DNA of 58,944 bases from a virus. Lineage: Duplodnaviria > Caudoviricetes. Under the pieces are notes generated by a model. It was not told the origin of the DNA. It saw nothing but the letters and a program-made list of their open reading frames with translations, and ran no database searches. The stretch lies in the IMG/VR virus record IMGVR_UViG_3300044636_000374, positions 1-58,944 of that record, one strand, 5' to 3'. Shown in pieces: positions 27,546-36,931 of the stretch; within the stretch, counting starts at the first letter, position 1, and each line of letters begins with the position of its first letter. The position numbers and the translations under genes were made by a program.

Positions 27546-27616
27546 AGTACATCTTTGGCGTCATCGTCGTGTTACTGGCCGTTCTGGTGTTAGCCCTCGC
27601 AGAAATAGCCAAATGA
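27542..27616 (+). CDS. 24-aa single-TM peptide
   Basis: MKYIFGVIVVLLAVLVLALAEIAK; GAGG RBS; GTGA and ATGA overlaps on both sides. Confidence 0.5.
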   Translation: MKYIFGVIVVLLAVLVLALAEIAK

Positions 27617-28068
27617 TTGATATTACAAAGACCATAGGAGCTATTGCCGCAAGCGTTGCTGCGCTGGGTGGTGGTTATACGCTCGCAGACAAGATCGGAT
27701 GGTTGGATAAAGCGATCATTGAGTGGGCACCGGAGCACTTTAAGATTGAACCTGCCAAGCTGGGTGAGCCAATTACAGTGACGGTGGCGAGGATCAAGAA
27801 GCGAGATGATTGCTCGGTGGAATCGTTCATCCCAAGCATCCGAGACGGGAAGGGTATGGTGCATGAGGCGGTTCCATCGAACCCCAAGTTCTCCGGCCCA
27901 GCCAGTCCAGAGATTGACACCTTTACCTATACATTGAGCGTCAAGTCTGAGATGCAGCCCGGAAAAGCCACCCTGCTTGCAACCATCAAGTACAAGTGCC
28001 CGGAAGGGGATAGAACAGTCTCCTACCCAAAACACAAGAACCTTAGTTTTAATCTGGAGGCAAAATGA
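27613..28068 (+). CDS. Hypothetical protein with N-terminal TM and Ig-like region
   Basis: Hydrophobic N-terminus; beta-rich body with two Cys. Confidence 0.65.
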   Translation: MIDITKTIGAIAASVAALGGGYTLADKIGWLDKAIIEWAPEHFKIEPAKLGEPITVTVARIKKRDDCSVESFIPSIRDGKGMVHEAVPSNPKFSGPASPEIDTFTYTLSVKSEMQPGKATLLATIKYKCPEGDRTVSYPKHKNLSFNLEAK

Positions 28069-28571
28069 TCACGCTACTGACTACGCTTCTGTCCTTCCTC
28101 GCCGGCGGCCTGCCGAAGCTGCTGGACTTTTTTCAAGACAAGTCCGACAAGAAGCACGAACTTGCCCTTGCTCAAATGCAGATTGAGCGGGAACTGGAAC
28201 TCAGAAAGGCAGGTTTTGAAGCACAGGCCCGCGTGGAGGAGATCAGGACGGATCAGCTTCAGGTCGGTGCAGAGGTGACGATGGCTCAAACCGCCTTGGC
28301 TGAGAAGCAAGCCCTGTACGCTCACGACATTGCAATCGGGGAAGGCGCAAGCCGGTGGGTGATCAACGCCCGCGCTCTGGTCAGGCCGGTCATTACCTAC
28401 GGGATGTTTGCCCTGCTCTGCTTCATCAACATCTTCGGGGCGGCGTATGCGTGGCACCTTGGAACCCCGTTTGCAGAGGTGATCGCTAATCTGTGGGACG
28501 CTGACACTCAGATTATCTGGGCGTCAATCATAAGTTTTTGGTTCGGAAGCCAAGCGTTCAGCAAGAAATGA
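28065..28571 (+). CDS. Putative holin (3TM-type)
   Basis: RALVRPVITY...SIISFWFGSQ; directly upstream of the endolysin. Confidence 0.7.
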   Translation: MITLLTTLLSFLAGGLPKLLDFFQDKSDKKHELALAQMQIERELELRKAGFEAQARVEEIRTDQLQVGAEVTMAQTALAEKQALYAHDIAIGEGASRWVINARALVRPVITYGMFALLCFINIFGAAYAWHLGTPFAEVIANLWDADTQIIWASIISFWFGSQAFSKK

Positions 28572-29038
28572 ACGCGCTGATCAAAATGCTGAAGCACCAC
28601 GAGGGTGTTAGGTATAGGCCATACCGATGCCCGGCGCGGCTTTGGTCGGCGGGTGTGGGAAGGTTGATCGACCCCTCGCATCTCAAGGTGCCCTATGAAC
28701 GCCGCCTAGAGCTTCCAATCCCCGAGGGCTGGGACAGAACACTGACAGAGGCAGAAGTCGATGCGCTACTTCAAGAGGATCTTCAGCGGTTTCTTCCGGG
28801 GGTACTCCGACTATGTACTGTGGTTCCTCTTAGCAATCGCCATCTGGCACTCGCTTCGTTCGCTTTCAATGTTGGGCTAGGCAACCTTCAGAACTCGACC
28901 CTTCGCATGAAGCACAACCGGGAAGACTACGAGGGAGCGGCAGATGAGTTTAAGAAGTGGACGCTGGCTGGTGGACGAGAGTTGCCGGGGCTGGTGACTC
29001 GCAGGCATGATGAGAGAGCGTTGTACTTAAAGGCATAA
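28568..29038 (+). CDS. Endolysin, GH24 lysozyme
   Basis: HEGVRYRPYRCPARLWSAGVG; ALASFAFNVGLG; LPGLVTRR. Confidence 0.9.
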   Translation: MNALIKMLKHHEGVRYRPYRCPARLWSAGVGRLIDPSHLKVPYERRLELPIPEGWDRTLTEAEVDALLQEDLQRFLPGVLRLCTVVPLSNRHLALASFAFNVGLGNLQNSTLRMKHNREDYEGAADEFKKWTLAGGRELPGLVTRRHDERALYLKA

Positions 29039-29040
29039 CC

Positions 29041-31389
29041 ATGCTCAAGAAGATCGCACTGAGACCCGGCGTTAACCGCGAGAACACGCGATACACAGCA
29101 GAAAATGGCTGGTATTCGTCGGACAAGGTTCGCTTCCGTCAGGGTACGCCTGAGAAGATCGGCGGGTGGCAACGCATCTCTAGTACAACCTTCTTGGGGC
29201 TGTGCCGGTCCTTGTGGAACTGGGTAACCCTTGGTGGGGTGAACCTGATCGGGGTTGGTACAAACCTCAAGTTCTACATTGAGCAAGGCGGCGCGTACAA
29301 CGACATTACGCCTATCCGTTCTGCGGTAACTCTTACCAATCCATTTGCAACGACTTCTGGCTCTTCTACGGTAACGGTCACCGACGCCAACGGCGGGTAT
29401 GAAACAAACGACTTTGTATCGTTCTACGGATCTTCGGCAATCAATGGTTTAACGATTTTAGGTGAGTACCAGATCACAGTAACGGGTACTAATACCTATA
29501 CGATCAGCACTGCTGTTCCGGTTTCTATCACTCTTGCTTCTCCTGCTGTTTTTACCTCTCAGAACAAACTTGCAAACAACGTAGAAGTTACTCTATCTAC
29601 CACCGGGACGCTTCCTTCTCCTCTTGTAGCAGGTACTACGTATTACGTAGTCAACACTTCAGGCTATACCTTCCAGCTTTCTACCACTTCTGGTGGAACA
29701 GCTATTAACACTTCCGGCTCCACTCAGACTGGCATACATACCGTTACGGCTAAAGCTACAGGCACCACCGCTGCTGGCGGCGGTACGGTACGTGCTGTTT
29801 ATCAGATCAACACCGGCCCAGCTAACGTAGTTCCTTTAAATGGCTGGGGCGCAGGCCCGTGGGGCGCAGGTACATGGGGTGTTGGTGAAGCGTCTACTGA
29901 TCCTCTGCGTCTGTGGAGTCAGGGGAACTTTGGTGAAGATCTGATTTTTGGCCCGCGCGGCGGTCCGATCTATTACTGGGATGCCACGATTGGAACTACT
30001 GGGGCTGCGTTTACGATTACCATTGCCGCTCCCGGCGTGGTTACTACGTCTATCAGCCTTGCAGATGGCACTCCGGTTGTTCTTACGACAGACGGGGCAC
30101 TGCCGACTGGCTTGTCAGTTGGTACAACCTACTATGTTGTAAGTTCTACCGGCACGACGTTTAGCCTAGCGGCGACTTCTGGCGGTTCGCCGATTACGAC
30201 ATCAGGCAGTCAATCTGGGAATCATCGGATCTCTCAAAGAGGCTTTTTGTTGTCCGCCTACGGCAGTGCGTCAAACGTGCCAACGGTTCAGAACTACATC
30301 CTGATCTCGGACATCAACCGGTTTGTGTTCTGTTTTGGGTGTAATGAGCTAGCATCAGCTACACAGGATGCCATGCTGATCCGCTGGTCTGACCAAGAAG
30401 ACGCTACTAACTGGACGCCTGCTGCGACGAATCAGGCAGGTTCGTTAAGACTCTCACGAGGTTCTGAGATCATCACCGCTCTCCAGTCCCGGCAGGAGAT
30501 TCTGGTCTGGACGGATGCGTCTCTCTACTCCCTTCAGTATCTTGGTGCGCCGGAAGTCTGGGGCGCCCAGTTGGTGGGGGAGAACATCTCTATCGTTAGT
30601 GAGAATGCAGTAGCTTATGCCAATGGCGTATCTTACTGGATGGGTAAAGACAAGTTTTACAAGTACGACGGTAGAACTCAAACGCTTCGTTGTGACCTTA
30701 GACAGTACATCTTTAGTGACATAGATACTAATCAATACCTTCAGATCTTTTCAGGAACCAACGAAGGCTTTAATGAAATCTGGTGGTTCTATTGTTCCAG
30801 CGGGTCAACTACGATTGATCGGTATGTAATCTTTAACTACGGCGAGAATAACGGCGAAGGTGCTTGGTATTACGGCACGATGGCTAGAACCGCGTGGCTG
30901 GATTCAGGGCTTAGAAACTTCCCACTTGCAGCTACGTACTCTAATAACCTTGTGAACCATGAAAGCGGGGTAGACGATAACGAGACAGGAACTACGCTTC
31001 CTATCTCCGCTTCTATTACTTCTGCCGAGTTTGATATAGATGATGGAGACAAGTTTGTCTTCATCCGTCGGGCGCTGCCAGACATTACGTTTAGAGGCTC
31101 AACTGCCGGTAGCCCGAGCGGTACGTTGACGCTCTTGCCTCTTAAGAACTCCGGCTCAGGGTACATCTCACCTGCGTCTGTTGGTGGGTCTAATAACGCC
31201 GGGGTAACCAGAACCGCTACGGTACCTATAGAAGCGTTTACCGGGCAGGTATATGTCCGTATCCGGGCGAGGCAGATGTCTATGAAGTTTGAATCCAGTG
31301 CCGAAGGGGTAACATGGCAGCTAGGTTCTATGAGGCTAGATATGCGCGAAGACGGAAAGGCATCGGGATCGGGAGTTTCTGGTGGCTGA
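29041..31389 (+). CDS. Tail nozzle/stabilisation protein (P22 gp10/T7 gp12-like)
   Basis: VRFRQGTPEKIGGW, IRWSDQED, EIWWFY; beta-propeller-like; precedes the ejection genes. Confidence 0.7.
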   Translation: MLKKIALRPGVNRENTRYTAENGWYSSDKVRFRQGTPEKIGGWQRISSTTFLGLCRSLWNWVTLGGVNLIGVGTNLKFYIEQGGAYNDITPIRSAVTLTNPFATTSGSSTVTVTDANGGYETNDFVSFYGSSAINGLTILGEYQITVTGTNTYTISTAVPVSITLASPAVFTSQNKLANNVEVTLSTTGTLPSPLVAGTTYYVVNTSGYTFQLSTTSGGTAINTSGSTQTGIHTVTAKATGTTAAGGGTVRAVYQINTGPANVVPLNGWGAGPWGAGTWGVGEASTDPLRLWSQGNFGEDLIFGPRGGPIYYWDATIGTTGAAFTITIAAPGVVTTSISLADGTPVVLTTDGALPTGLSVGTTYYVVSSTGTTFSLAATSGGSPITTSGSQSGNHRISQRGFLLSAYGSASNVPTVQNYILISDINRFVFCFGCNELASATQDAMLIRWSDQEDATNWTPAATNQAGSLRLSRGSEIITALQSRQEILVWTDASLYSLQYLGAPEVWGAQLVGENISIVSENAVAYANGVSYWMGKDKFYKYDGRTQTLRCDLRQYIFSDIDTNQYLQIFSGTNEGFNEIWWFYCSSGSTTIDRYVIFNYGENNGEGAWYYGTMARTAWLDSGLRNFPLAATYSNNLVNHESGVDDNETGTTLPISASITSAEFDIDDGDKFVFIRRALPDITFRGSTAGSPSGTLTLLPLKNSGSGYISPASVGGSNNAGVTRTATVPIEAFTGQVYVRIRARQMSMKFESSAEGVTWQLGSMRLDMREDGKASGSGVSGG

Positions 31390-32032
31390 ACTACAGAAAG
31401 TCCAGCCGCCTGCCCTACCGTACGGTCCAGTTATCTGGACTGCGCAGTATCAGGATCAGCTTAACAACATCCAGAGGTTGTTCTATAACCGGCTGTCTCA
31501 GTCGTATAACAATCTTATTAGCCCTCCGCTACCTAACGTCCCACCGGGGGGGTCAGGGCTTTACTTCCCCTACGCAGCCATACAGCGGACAACTGACAAG
31601 ACCTTCACGGCAAATACCGCTACCGAGATTACGTTCGATACAAATGACTTTTTATCTGCCTGCACAAACGACGGGACGAACGGGATTGGGGTTGAGGTAA
31701 GCGGCATCTACAACTACCAATTTAGTGTGCAGTGGCGGAACACTTCAGCTCAGATTCACGACGCATGGATTTGGTTAAGAAAAAACAGCACTAACATTGT
31801 TGGAACTGCAAGTCAGTTTTCAATTGTTTCAAGTCACGGCGGAGTTGATGGACACGCAATCGCAGCGGCTAACTTCTACGTGCAACTTACTGCTGGCGAC
31901 TTCGTTAAGATGTTTGCTGCGGTGGACAACACAGCCGTATCGATGGAAGCCTACCCGGCGCAAACCACGCCTTTTGCTATGCCGTCTATTCCGTCGGTCG
32001 TCGCAACCCTGTCCTTTGTGAGCGCGGTATGA
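31382..32032 (+). CDS. Structural protein with C1q/TNF-like C-terminal domain
   Basis: ITFDT...SGIYNYQFSVQ...WLRKN...LTAGDFV. Confidence 0.6.
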   Translation: MAELQKVQPPALPYGPVIWTAQYQDQLNNIQRLFYNRLSQSYNNLISPPLPNVPPGGSGLYFPYAAIQRTTDKTFTANTATEITFDTNDFLSACTNDGTNGIGVEVSGIYNYQFSVQWRNTSAQIHDAWIWLRKNSTNIVGTASQFSIVSSHGGVDGHAIAAANFYVQLTAGDFVKMFAAVDNTAVSMEAYPAQTTPFAMPSIPSVVATLSFVSAV

Positions 32033-32427
32033 AAGAACTCAGCACACAAGAGATCATTAAGAAGTCAGACGAACTGAAAGATGTCGGTCGCGGCTGGGAA
32101 GAAGTCTACGCAGCTATCTATACATCAATTACAAACAACACTCACAGAGTGCTGAGAAATGGCAATACGCTTCTTTGGATCAAACTTCTGCCAAACAAAA
32201 GCGCGCAGATGTATGTGTTTAACGCTGATCCACCGAAGCAGTTCCTAAAGAACATGAAAGAGTTTGCAAAGGCTCTTGATCGGGTGGGGTTTAACAAAGT
32301 ATTCGGGGAAACACACAATCCTCAGTTAATTGCCATGATGCAAAGGCTTGGCTATCCGGTAGACGTTGAAACTATCGGAACGGATAAACAAGGCCGTACC
32401 GTTTACCGGGGGACGGTCAATGTGTAA
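32029..32427 (+). CDS. Hypothetical protein (possibly GNAT-fold, positional analogue of T7 gp13)
   Basis: Lies between nozzle and ejection genes; ends MMQRLGY. Confidence 0.55.
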   Translation: MKELSTQEIIKKSDELKDVGRGWEEVYAAIYTSITNNTHRVLRNGNTLLWIKLLPNKSAQMYVFNADPPKQFLKNMKEFAKALDRVGFNKVFGETHNPQLIAMMQRLGYPVDVETIGTDKQGRTVYRGTVNV

Positions 32428-35400
32428 CCCAGTACAAGAAATCAACAATGCGTTTGATACTGTCTCTGGCTGGGTAAGCAGCACGCTCAGTGGCCTTAGC
32501 AGTACGATTGAAAACGTACTTAAGAACCCGCTTCCTACTATTGCCACCATTGGTCTGACGGCTATCGGAGTTCCGGCCCCAATAGCTAATGCAATGGTGA
32601 CCGCCGCGACCGGCGGCAGTATGGAAGATATGGTCATTAGCCTAGCCACAAGTTATGCGGGCGGGCAGATTGGTGCTGCTATCGGTGATCTTGCCGTCCC
32701 AGAACTGGGTGGCATTGCTGGTTATGGCGGGGCTGGAGATTTGGCGTTTCAGCCAGCGGCTTCTGAAGCAATCTTAAAAACAGTCATCAGCAACGCCTCT
32801 GCACAGGGCGCAACCGCTCTGTTACAAGGTAAAGACCTAGATCAAGTTTTAAACACCGCTTTGACCGGCGCTGTAGGCGGGCTTATTAATACGTCGCTTC
32901 GCACTCAGTTTGGGCTTGATCCGTCTAACTTTGGCGATAGGTTAATTGGCGACGCTACCAAAGCTGCTGTCAGTAGCATCTTTAACGGTAAAGATCCGGG
33001 CCAAGCTATTGGGTTAGCTCTAAGCAACTCGGCATTTGGTGCGTTAGCTAACACCGCAGCTAGCGGGCTTAAATCTACAGTCAAAGATTTAAATGATTCA
33101 ACGGCAGAGTTTGAAACTATTAAAACTCAAGCTGATGGTTTGCGCGAAGAAATTGATAGCGAAAGCACTCGTTTAGCTGGGCTGTCTAAAGAACTTAATT
33201 CAACATCTACGGCTTTAAACGGTACACAAGCAAATATCGTAGCGTCTAAAGATGTACTAGATATAGCTAGCGCTGCTTACAACGGTTATTTTGTTGTTTC
33301 CGATCCTGCTGCGCAAAATGCGTTTGCCCAACGCATGGGGTTCGAGCAGCTCACGGACTATGAAGGTGTTCCATTTTGGGCAAAAAACGTTCAACGTGAA
33401 AAATATATCGGTTACGATGACTACGGCCAACGCGAATTGGAGAGGGTTGCATCCTTTGACTACGTAAATATTGGAACAGAAGCTAAAGCAGTTGCAGAAC
33501 AACAAGCTGCTTACTTAAACAACACCGTACCGAAGTTTAAAGAAGATGTAGAAAAATTTAACACTCAACTTGCAACGTTTAATACTGATAACACTAACTT
33601 AAATACAAAAGTTAATACATACACCGGTCTGGTAACAGATTTATTTGGTGAAGACGGGGAGGGCGGGCTTAACAAAAAGATTGAAAATCTGCTGGTTGCC
33701 CGTGACGGGTATATAGAAGATCTTAATGAAAATGTTGCTTCTTTAACAGAAGCCGCCGGGGAGCAGATCTCTGGTGCGGCAGAAGATATTGTAGATGACG
33801 CAGTTGATCTGTTAGACCAGAACTATCGAACGTCAGACGAAGTTGCGGAAGCGTTTGCTAACAATGAAGCGTTTCAAGGGTATGAGCCGTCGGCGGCAGA
33901 TCTTGCAAAGTTTATAGGCGAAGGCAAAGACGCTGATTTACAAGCCAGCATAGATACGTATGTTGATGAAAACTCTGTAGACCTAGAAGAGCTTGCAGAG
34001 ATTGCAGGCTTAGAAGGCTATACCATTACTGATGCTGATAGACAGACATTAGTTCAGCAAGGTAATGAAAAAGATCTTAGAGATAGCTTACAAGCGCGAT
34101 TTGACGAAAGAGCTGTAACACCTACAGAAGCCTACAATATTTTTTCTGATCTTGGTTATAAGCCAAGCTCTCGTGAGGCTGGGTTGTTTACCGGCAACCG
34201 AGATGAAAACAGTGTTCGCAGTGCAATCGCAGATTACGCTGATAAACGTTCTATTGATTATTCTGAAGCCAGACAGGCGTTGATCGCTGCTGGGTACGAC
34301 GACCCGCCGGACGAGGTGGTAAACCAGCTAGTCGGGCAAAGCCAAGACGCATATGTTCCTAGGCAAGTAAGAACTGGTTTCGCAAAAAGTTATAAAACAG
34401 TTTTTGATTTTGTTCCGTCTAGCGATAGGTACGAAGCTGCCGGTTTACAAAAGATTGAGCAAACTTACGACCCGCAGTTCACGACGGAAGATGAAGTCCG
34501 TCAGATGTATAAAGACTTAGGCCTCCCAGAACCGACAGATGAAGAAATATCACAGTACATCGGCAAACAAGCCGAGACTGATATTTACGGCAAGCTAGAA
34601 GACGTACGAGATGAGCGCAATGCAAGGCTTGCTAAAGAAGCAGAAGATGCTGAAGTTGCTAAAAAAGAAGCTGCTGCTATAGAAAAAGGCTTCCCAAGTT
34701 ACGCAGTACAACAAGAGTTTAAAGATAACGTTAAAGCGTATAAAGATAGCGAAGCTGTTAAGGCCGGGTTCCCGGATGACGACACACGGACTCTATACGC
34801 TGGAAACGTAGAAAAGTTTATTGCCGATGAGAATGAAAAAGCTGCGCTTCAGTCTGGATTTCCTGATTACGCTACTTTACAAAAGTACGGCGGCGATATT
34901 AACGCCTATCAAGATTATCAAGCAGAGCAGACACGGATTGCTAACGAATCTGCCGCGCAAAGTGCGGGCTTCCCGGATTACGCTACGCAACAGAAGTATC
35001 AAGGTGACGTTAAATCATACAATGCACAGTTGGAAGCTGACCGTATCGAGACTCAAAGAGTAGCAAACGAAGCGCTCGCGCAGAAAGAAGGGTTCCCGAA
35101 TTATTCTATTTATTCTCAGTTTGGTGGTGATCTAAACGCTTACACAGCCGCTCAAAATGAGTTGATGGCGAAAGGTGCGGAGTTTCCGGACTACAAAACG
35201 TATATGGAGTACGGGGGTGACTTAAATGCGTATGAACAGGATTTATTAGAGCGTGATGCCGTAGCCGCCGGTTTCCCAGATCGTGCCACGCAGGTTCAGT
35301 ACGGTAATAGTTACGAGGCTTATCAAGCGGAATTACAAGAACAAGCTAGGCTAGAAGAAGAAAGAATTGCAGAAGCCGCTCGCATAGAACAGGAAGAAGC

Positions 35401-36928
35401 TGATCGCGTAGCTAGAGAACAAGCAGAAGCTGCAAGCGCCGCCGAAGCTAAGGCTGAATCTGACCGCTTAGCCGAAGCCGCTCGTATAGCTCAAGCAGAG
35501 GCCGATGCACAAGCCGCTGAAGCCGCCCGACTGGCTCAAGAGGAGGCTGATCTTGAAGCCGCTCGTGTAGCTCAGGAGCAGGCAGATGCACAAGCTGCGG
35601 AAGCTGAGCGTTTAGCGGAAGCCGCCCGAGTCGCTCAAGAGGAAGCGGATGCACAAGCCGCCCGAGTAGCAGAACAGGAAGCAAGACTAGCTGAAGAAGC
35701 TAGGTTGGCTAAAGAAGCGGAAGACGCACGGATTGCTCAAGAGGCTGTAAACGAAGAGCTAGCTCAGTCTAACGGTTTCCCCGACTACGCTACTTATTTA
35801 GAGTTTAACGGGGATGAAAACGCTTATTTAGCTTCTTTAGCACCTGCGGACACTCTTGAAGGCGGTGAAGGTAATGACACGTTTGGCGATATCGGATTCG
35901 ATACTTCTGTCGGTATAGACGGTGACGATACGCTTGTAGGAGACGACACGCTTGACGCCGGAGCAGGTAACGATACGCTTATAAGCGAAAAAGGTGATGA
36001 CGAGTTCGATGACACAGGTTTTGATACTTCTCCCGGTTTAGATGGCGACGATACTTTTGTCGGAGATGACACACTCATCAGCGGAGATGGTAACGATACG
36101 TTGGCTGGGGACGACACGCTTGTCGCCGGAGACGGCGAAGATACCTTGGTTGGGGACGACACAGGTTTTGATACTTCTCCCGGTTTAGATGGAAAAGATA
36201 CGCTTGTGGGCGGCGCATGGGGAGATGAAACGGTTAACGGTGAAGACGGCGACGATGAAGTCGGCCCATTGGAGGTCCACGACACGGGGCAGAGGCCGTA
36301 CTCCATTACGGATGACGACGGAAATACGTACACTGTCTATCCTGACGGCACATATACGTTAACGCCTCCAATCGAAGAGGTAACTGTCACTCCTATTGGG
36401 ACAGACACGTTAAAACCTGTTCCGGATGTTGCTAACGATCCGTTCGGCGGAGACACTCCCGTTGTACTAGATCCTGCCAACGATCCGTTCGGCGGAGATA
36501 CGCCGATAGTAACGGACCCTGCTAACGATCCATTTGGTGGCGACACACCCCCGGTGGTCATCTCCAACCCGGAGAACGATCCGTTTGGTGGTGACACACC
36601 TGTTGTAACAGACCCTGCCAACGACCCATTGGGCGGGGATATGCCGGAAGAGGAAGAAGAGGAAATTGATCCTGCTACCGGCTTGCCAAGGGTTAAAGTT
36701 CAACCGCCTCCTAAGACTGTTACTCCGCCTAAGAAGCCCATTACGCCACTTCCCCCCGGCCTGACCCCAGAGCAACTTATGCAGTTGTTCGGCCAGCTAG
36801 GTGCGCCCGGAATTATGGGTGCGCTACAACCGTACGAAATGCCGTATTATTTCCAAATACCGGAAGAGCAGCAGTTTGATATTACCGAAGCTTTCTCTCC
36901 CACCCTTTATAGGTTGCAGAAGGAATAA
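32420..36928 (+). CDS. Large acidic multi-repeat putative ejection/internal virion protein
   Basis: Start MCNPV at 32420; hydrophobic G/A-rich N-terminus, coiled coil, several repeat blocks. Confidence 0.7.
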   Translation: MCNPVQEINNAFDTVSGWVSSTLSGLSSTIENVLKNPLPTIATIGLTAIGVPAPIANAMVTAATGGSMEDMVISLATSYAGGQIGAAIGDLAVPELGGIAGYGGAGDLAFQPAASEAILKTVISNASAQGATALLQGKDLDQVLNTALTGAVGGLINTSLRTQFGLDPSNFGDRLIGDATKAAVSSIFNGKDPGQAIGLALSNSAFGALANTAASGLKSTVKDLNDSTAEFETIKTQADGLREEIDSESTRLAGLSKELNSTSTALNGTQANIVASKDVLDIASAAYNGYFVVSDPAAQNAFAQRMGFEQLTDYEGVPFWAKNVQREKYIGYDDYGQRELERVASFDYVNIGTEAKAVAEQQAAYLNNTVPKFKEDVEKFNTQLATFNTDNTNLNTKVNTYTGLVTDLFGEDGEGGLNKKIENLLVARDGYIEDLNENVASLTEAAGEQISGAAEDIVDDAVDLLDQNYRTSDEVAEAFANNEAFQGYEPSAADLAKFIGEGKDADLQASIDTYVDENSVDLEELAEIAGLEGYTITDADRQTLVQQGNEKDLRDSLQARFDERAVTPTEAYNIFSDLGYKPSSREAGLFTGNRDENSVRSAIADYADKRSIDYSEARQALIAAGYDDPPDEVVNQLVGQSQDAYVPRQVRTGFAKSYKTVFDFVPSSDRYEAAGLQKIEQTYDPQFTTEDEVRQMYKDLGLPEPTDEEISQYIGKQAETDIYGKLEDVRDERNARLAKEAEDAEVAKKEAAAIEKGFPSYAVQQEFKDNVKAYKDSEAVKAGFPDDDTRTLYAGNVEKFIADENEKAALQSGFPDYATLQKYGGDINAYQDYQAEQTRIANESAAQSAGFPDYATQQKYQGDVKSYNAQLEADRIETQRVANEALAQKEGFPNYSIYSQFGGDLNAYTAAQNELMAKGAEFPDYKTYMEYGGDLNAYEQDLLERDAVAAGFPDRATQVQYGNSYEAYQAELQEQARLEEERIAEAARIEQEEADRVAREQAEAASAAEAKAESDRLAEAARIAQAEADAQAAEAARLAQEEADLEAARVAQEQADAQAAEAERLAEAARVAQEEADAQAARVAEQEARLAEEARLAKEAEDARIAQEAVNEELAQSNGFPDYATYLEFNGDENAYLASLAPADTLEGGEGNDTFGDIGFDTSVGIDGDDTLVGDDTLDAGAGNDTLISEKGDDEFDDTGFDTSPGLDGDDTFVGDDTLISGDGNDTLAGDDTLVAGDGEDTLVGDDTGFDTSPGLDGKDTLVGGAWGDETVNGEDGDDEVGPLEVHDTGQRPYSITDDDGNTYTVYPDGTYTLTPPIEEVTVTPIGTDTLKPVPDVANDPFGGDTPVVLDPANDPFGGDTPIVTDPANDPFGGDTPPVVISNPENDPFGGDTPVVTDPANDPLGGDMPEEEEEEIDPATGLPRVKVQPPPKTVTPPKKPITPLPPGLTPEQLMQLFGQLGAPGIMGALQPYEMPYYFQIPEEQQFDITEAFSPTLYRLQKE
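34688..35830 (+). repeat. GFPDY...GD.NAY repeats (8 copies) with an EAAR.AQE.ADAQA block before the last copy
   Basis: Visible in the translation. Confidence 0.85.
35845..36240 (+). repeat. RTX-like GxGxDTL repeats including a 35-bp exact duplication
   Basis: GGEGNDTF, AGAGNDTL, SGDGNDTL, AGDGEDTL; identical 36011-36045 and 36158-36192. Confidence 0.8.
36434..36646 (+). repeat. NDP(F/L)GGD(T/M)P repeats (5 copies)
   Basis: Visible in DNA and translation. Confidence 0.9.
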
Positions 36929-36931
36929 ATC

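Noticed and set aside
35845-36240. RTX toxin with type I secretion
   Set aside because: No ABC transporter or membrane-fusion genes; the context is a phage virion module and most repeats are imperfect.
34688-36646. Regularly spaced repeats resembling a CRISPR array
   Set aside because: They are in frame, degenerate at third codon positions and encode peptide repeats; no cas genes are present.
36434-36646. DPF motifs as eukaryotic AP-2 adaptor-binding sites
   Set aside because: All other evidence indicates a bacteriophage; the match is too short to be meaningful.
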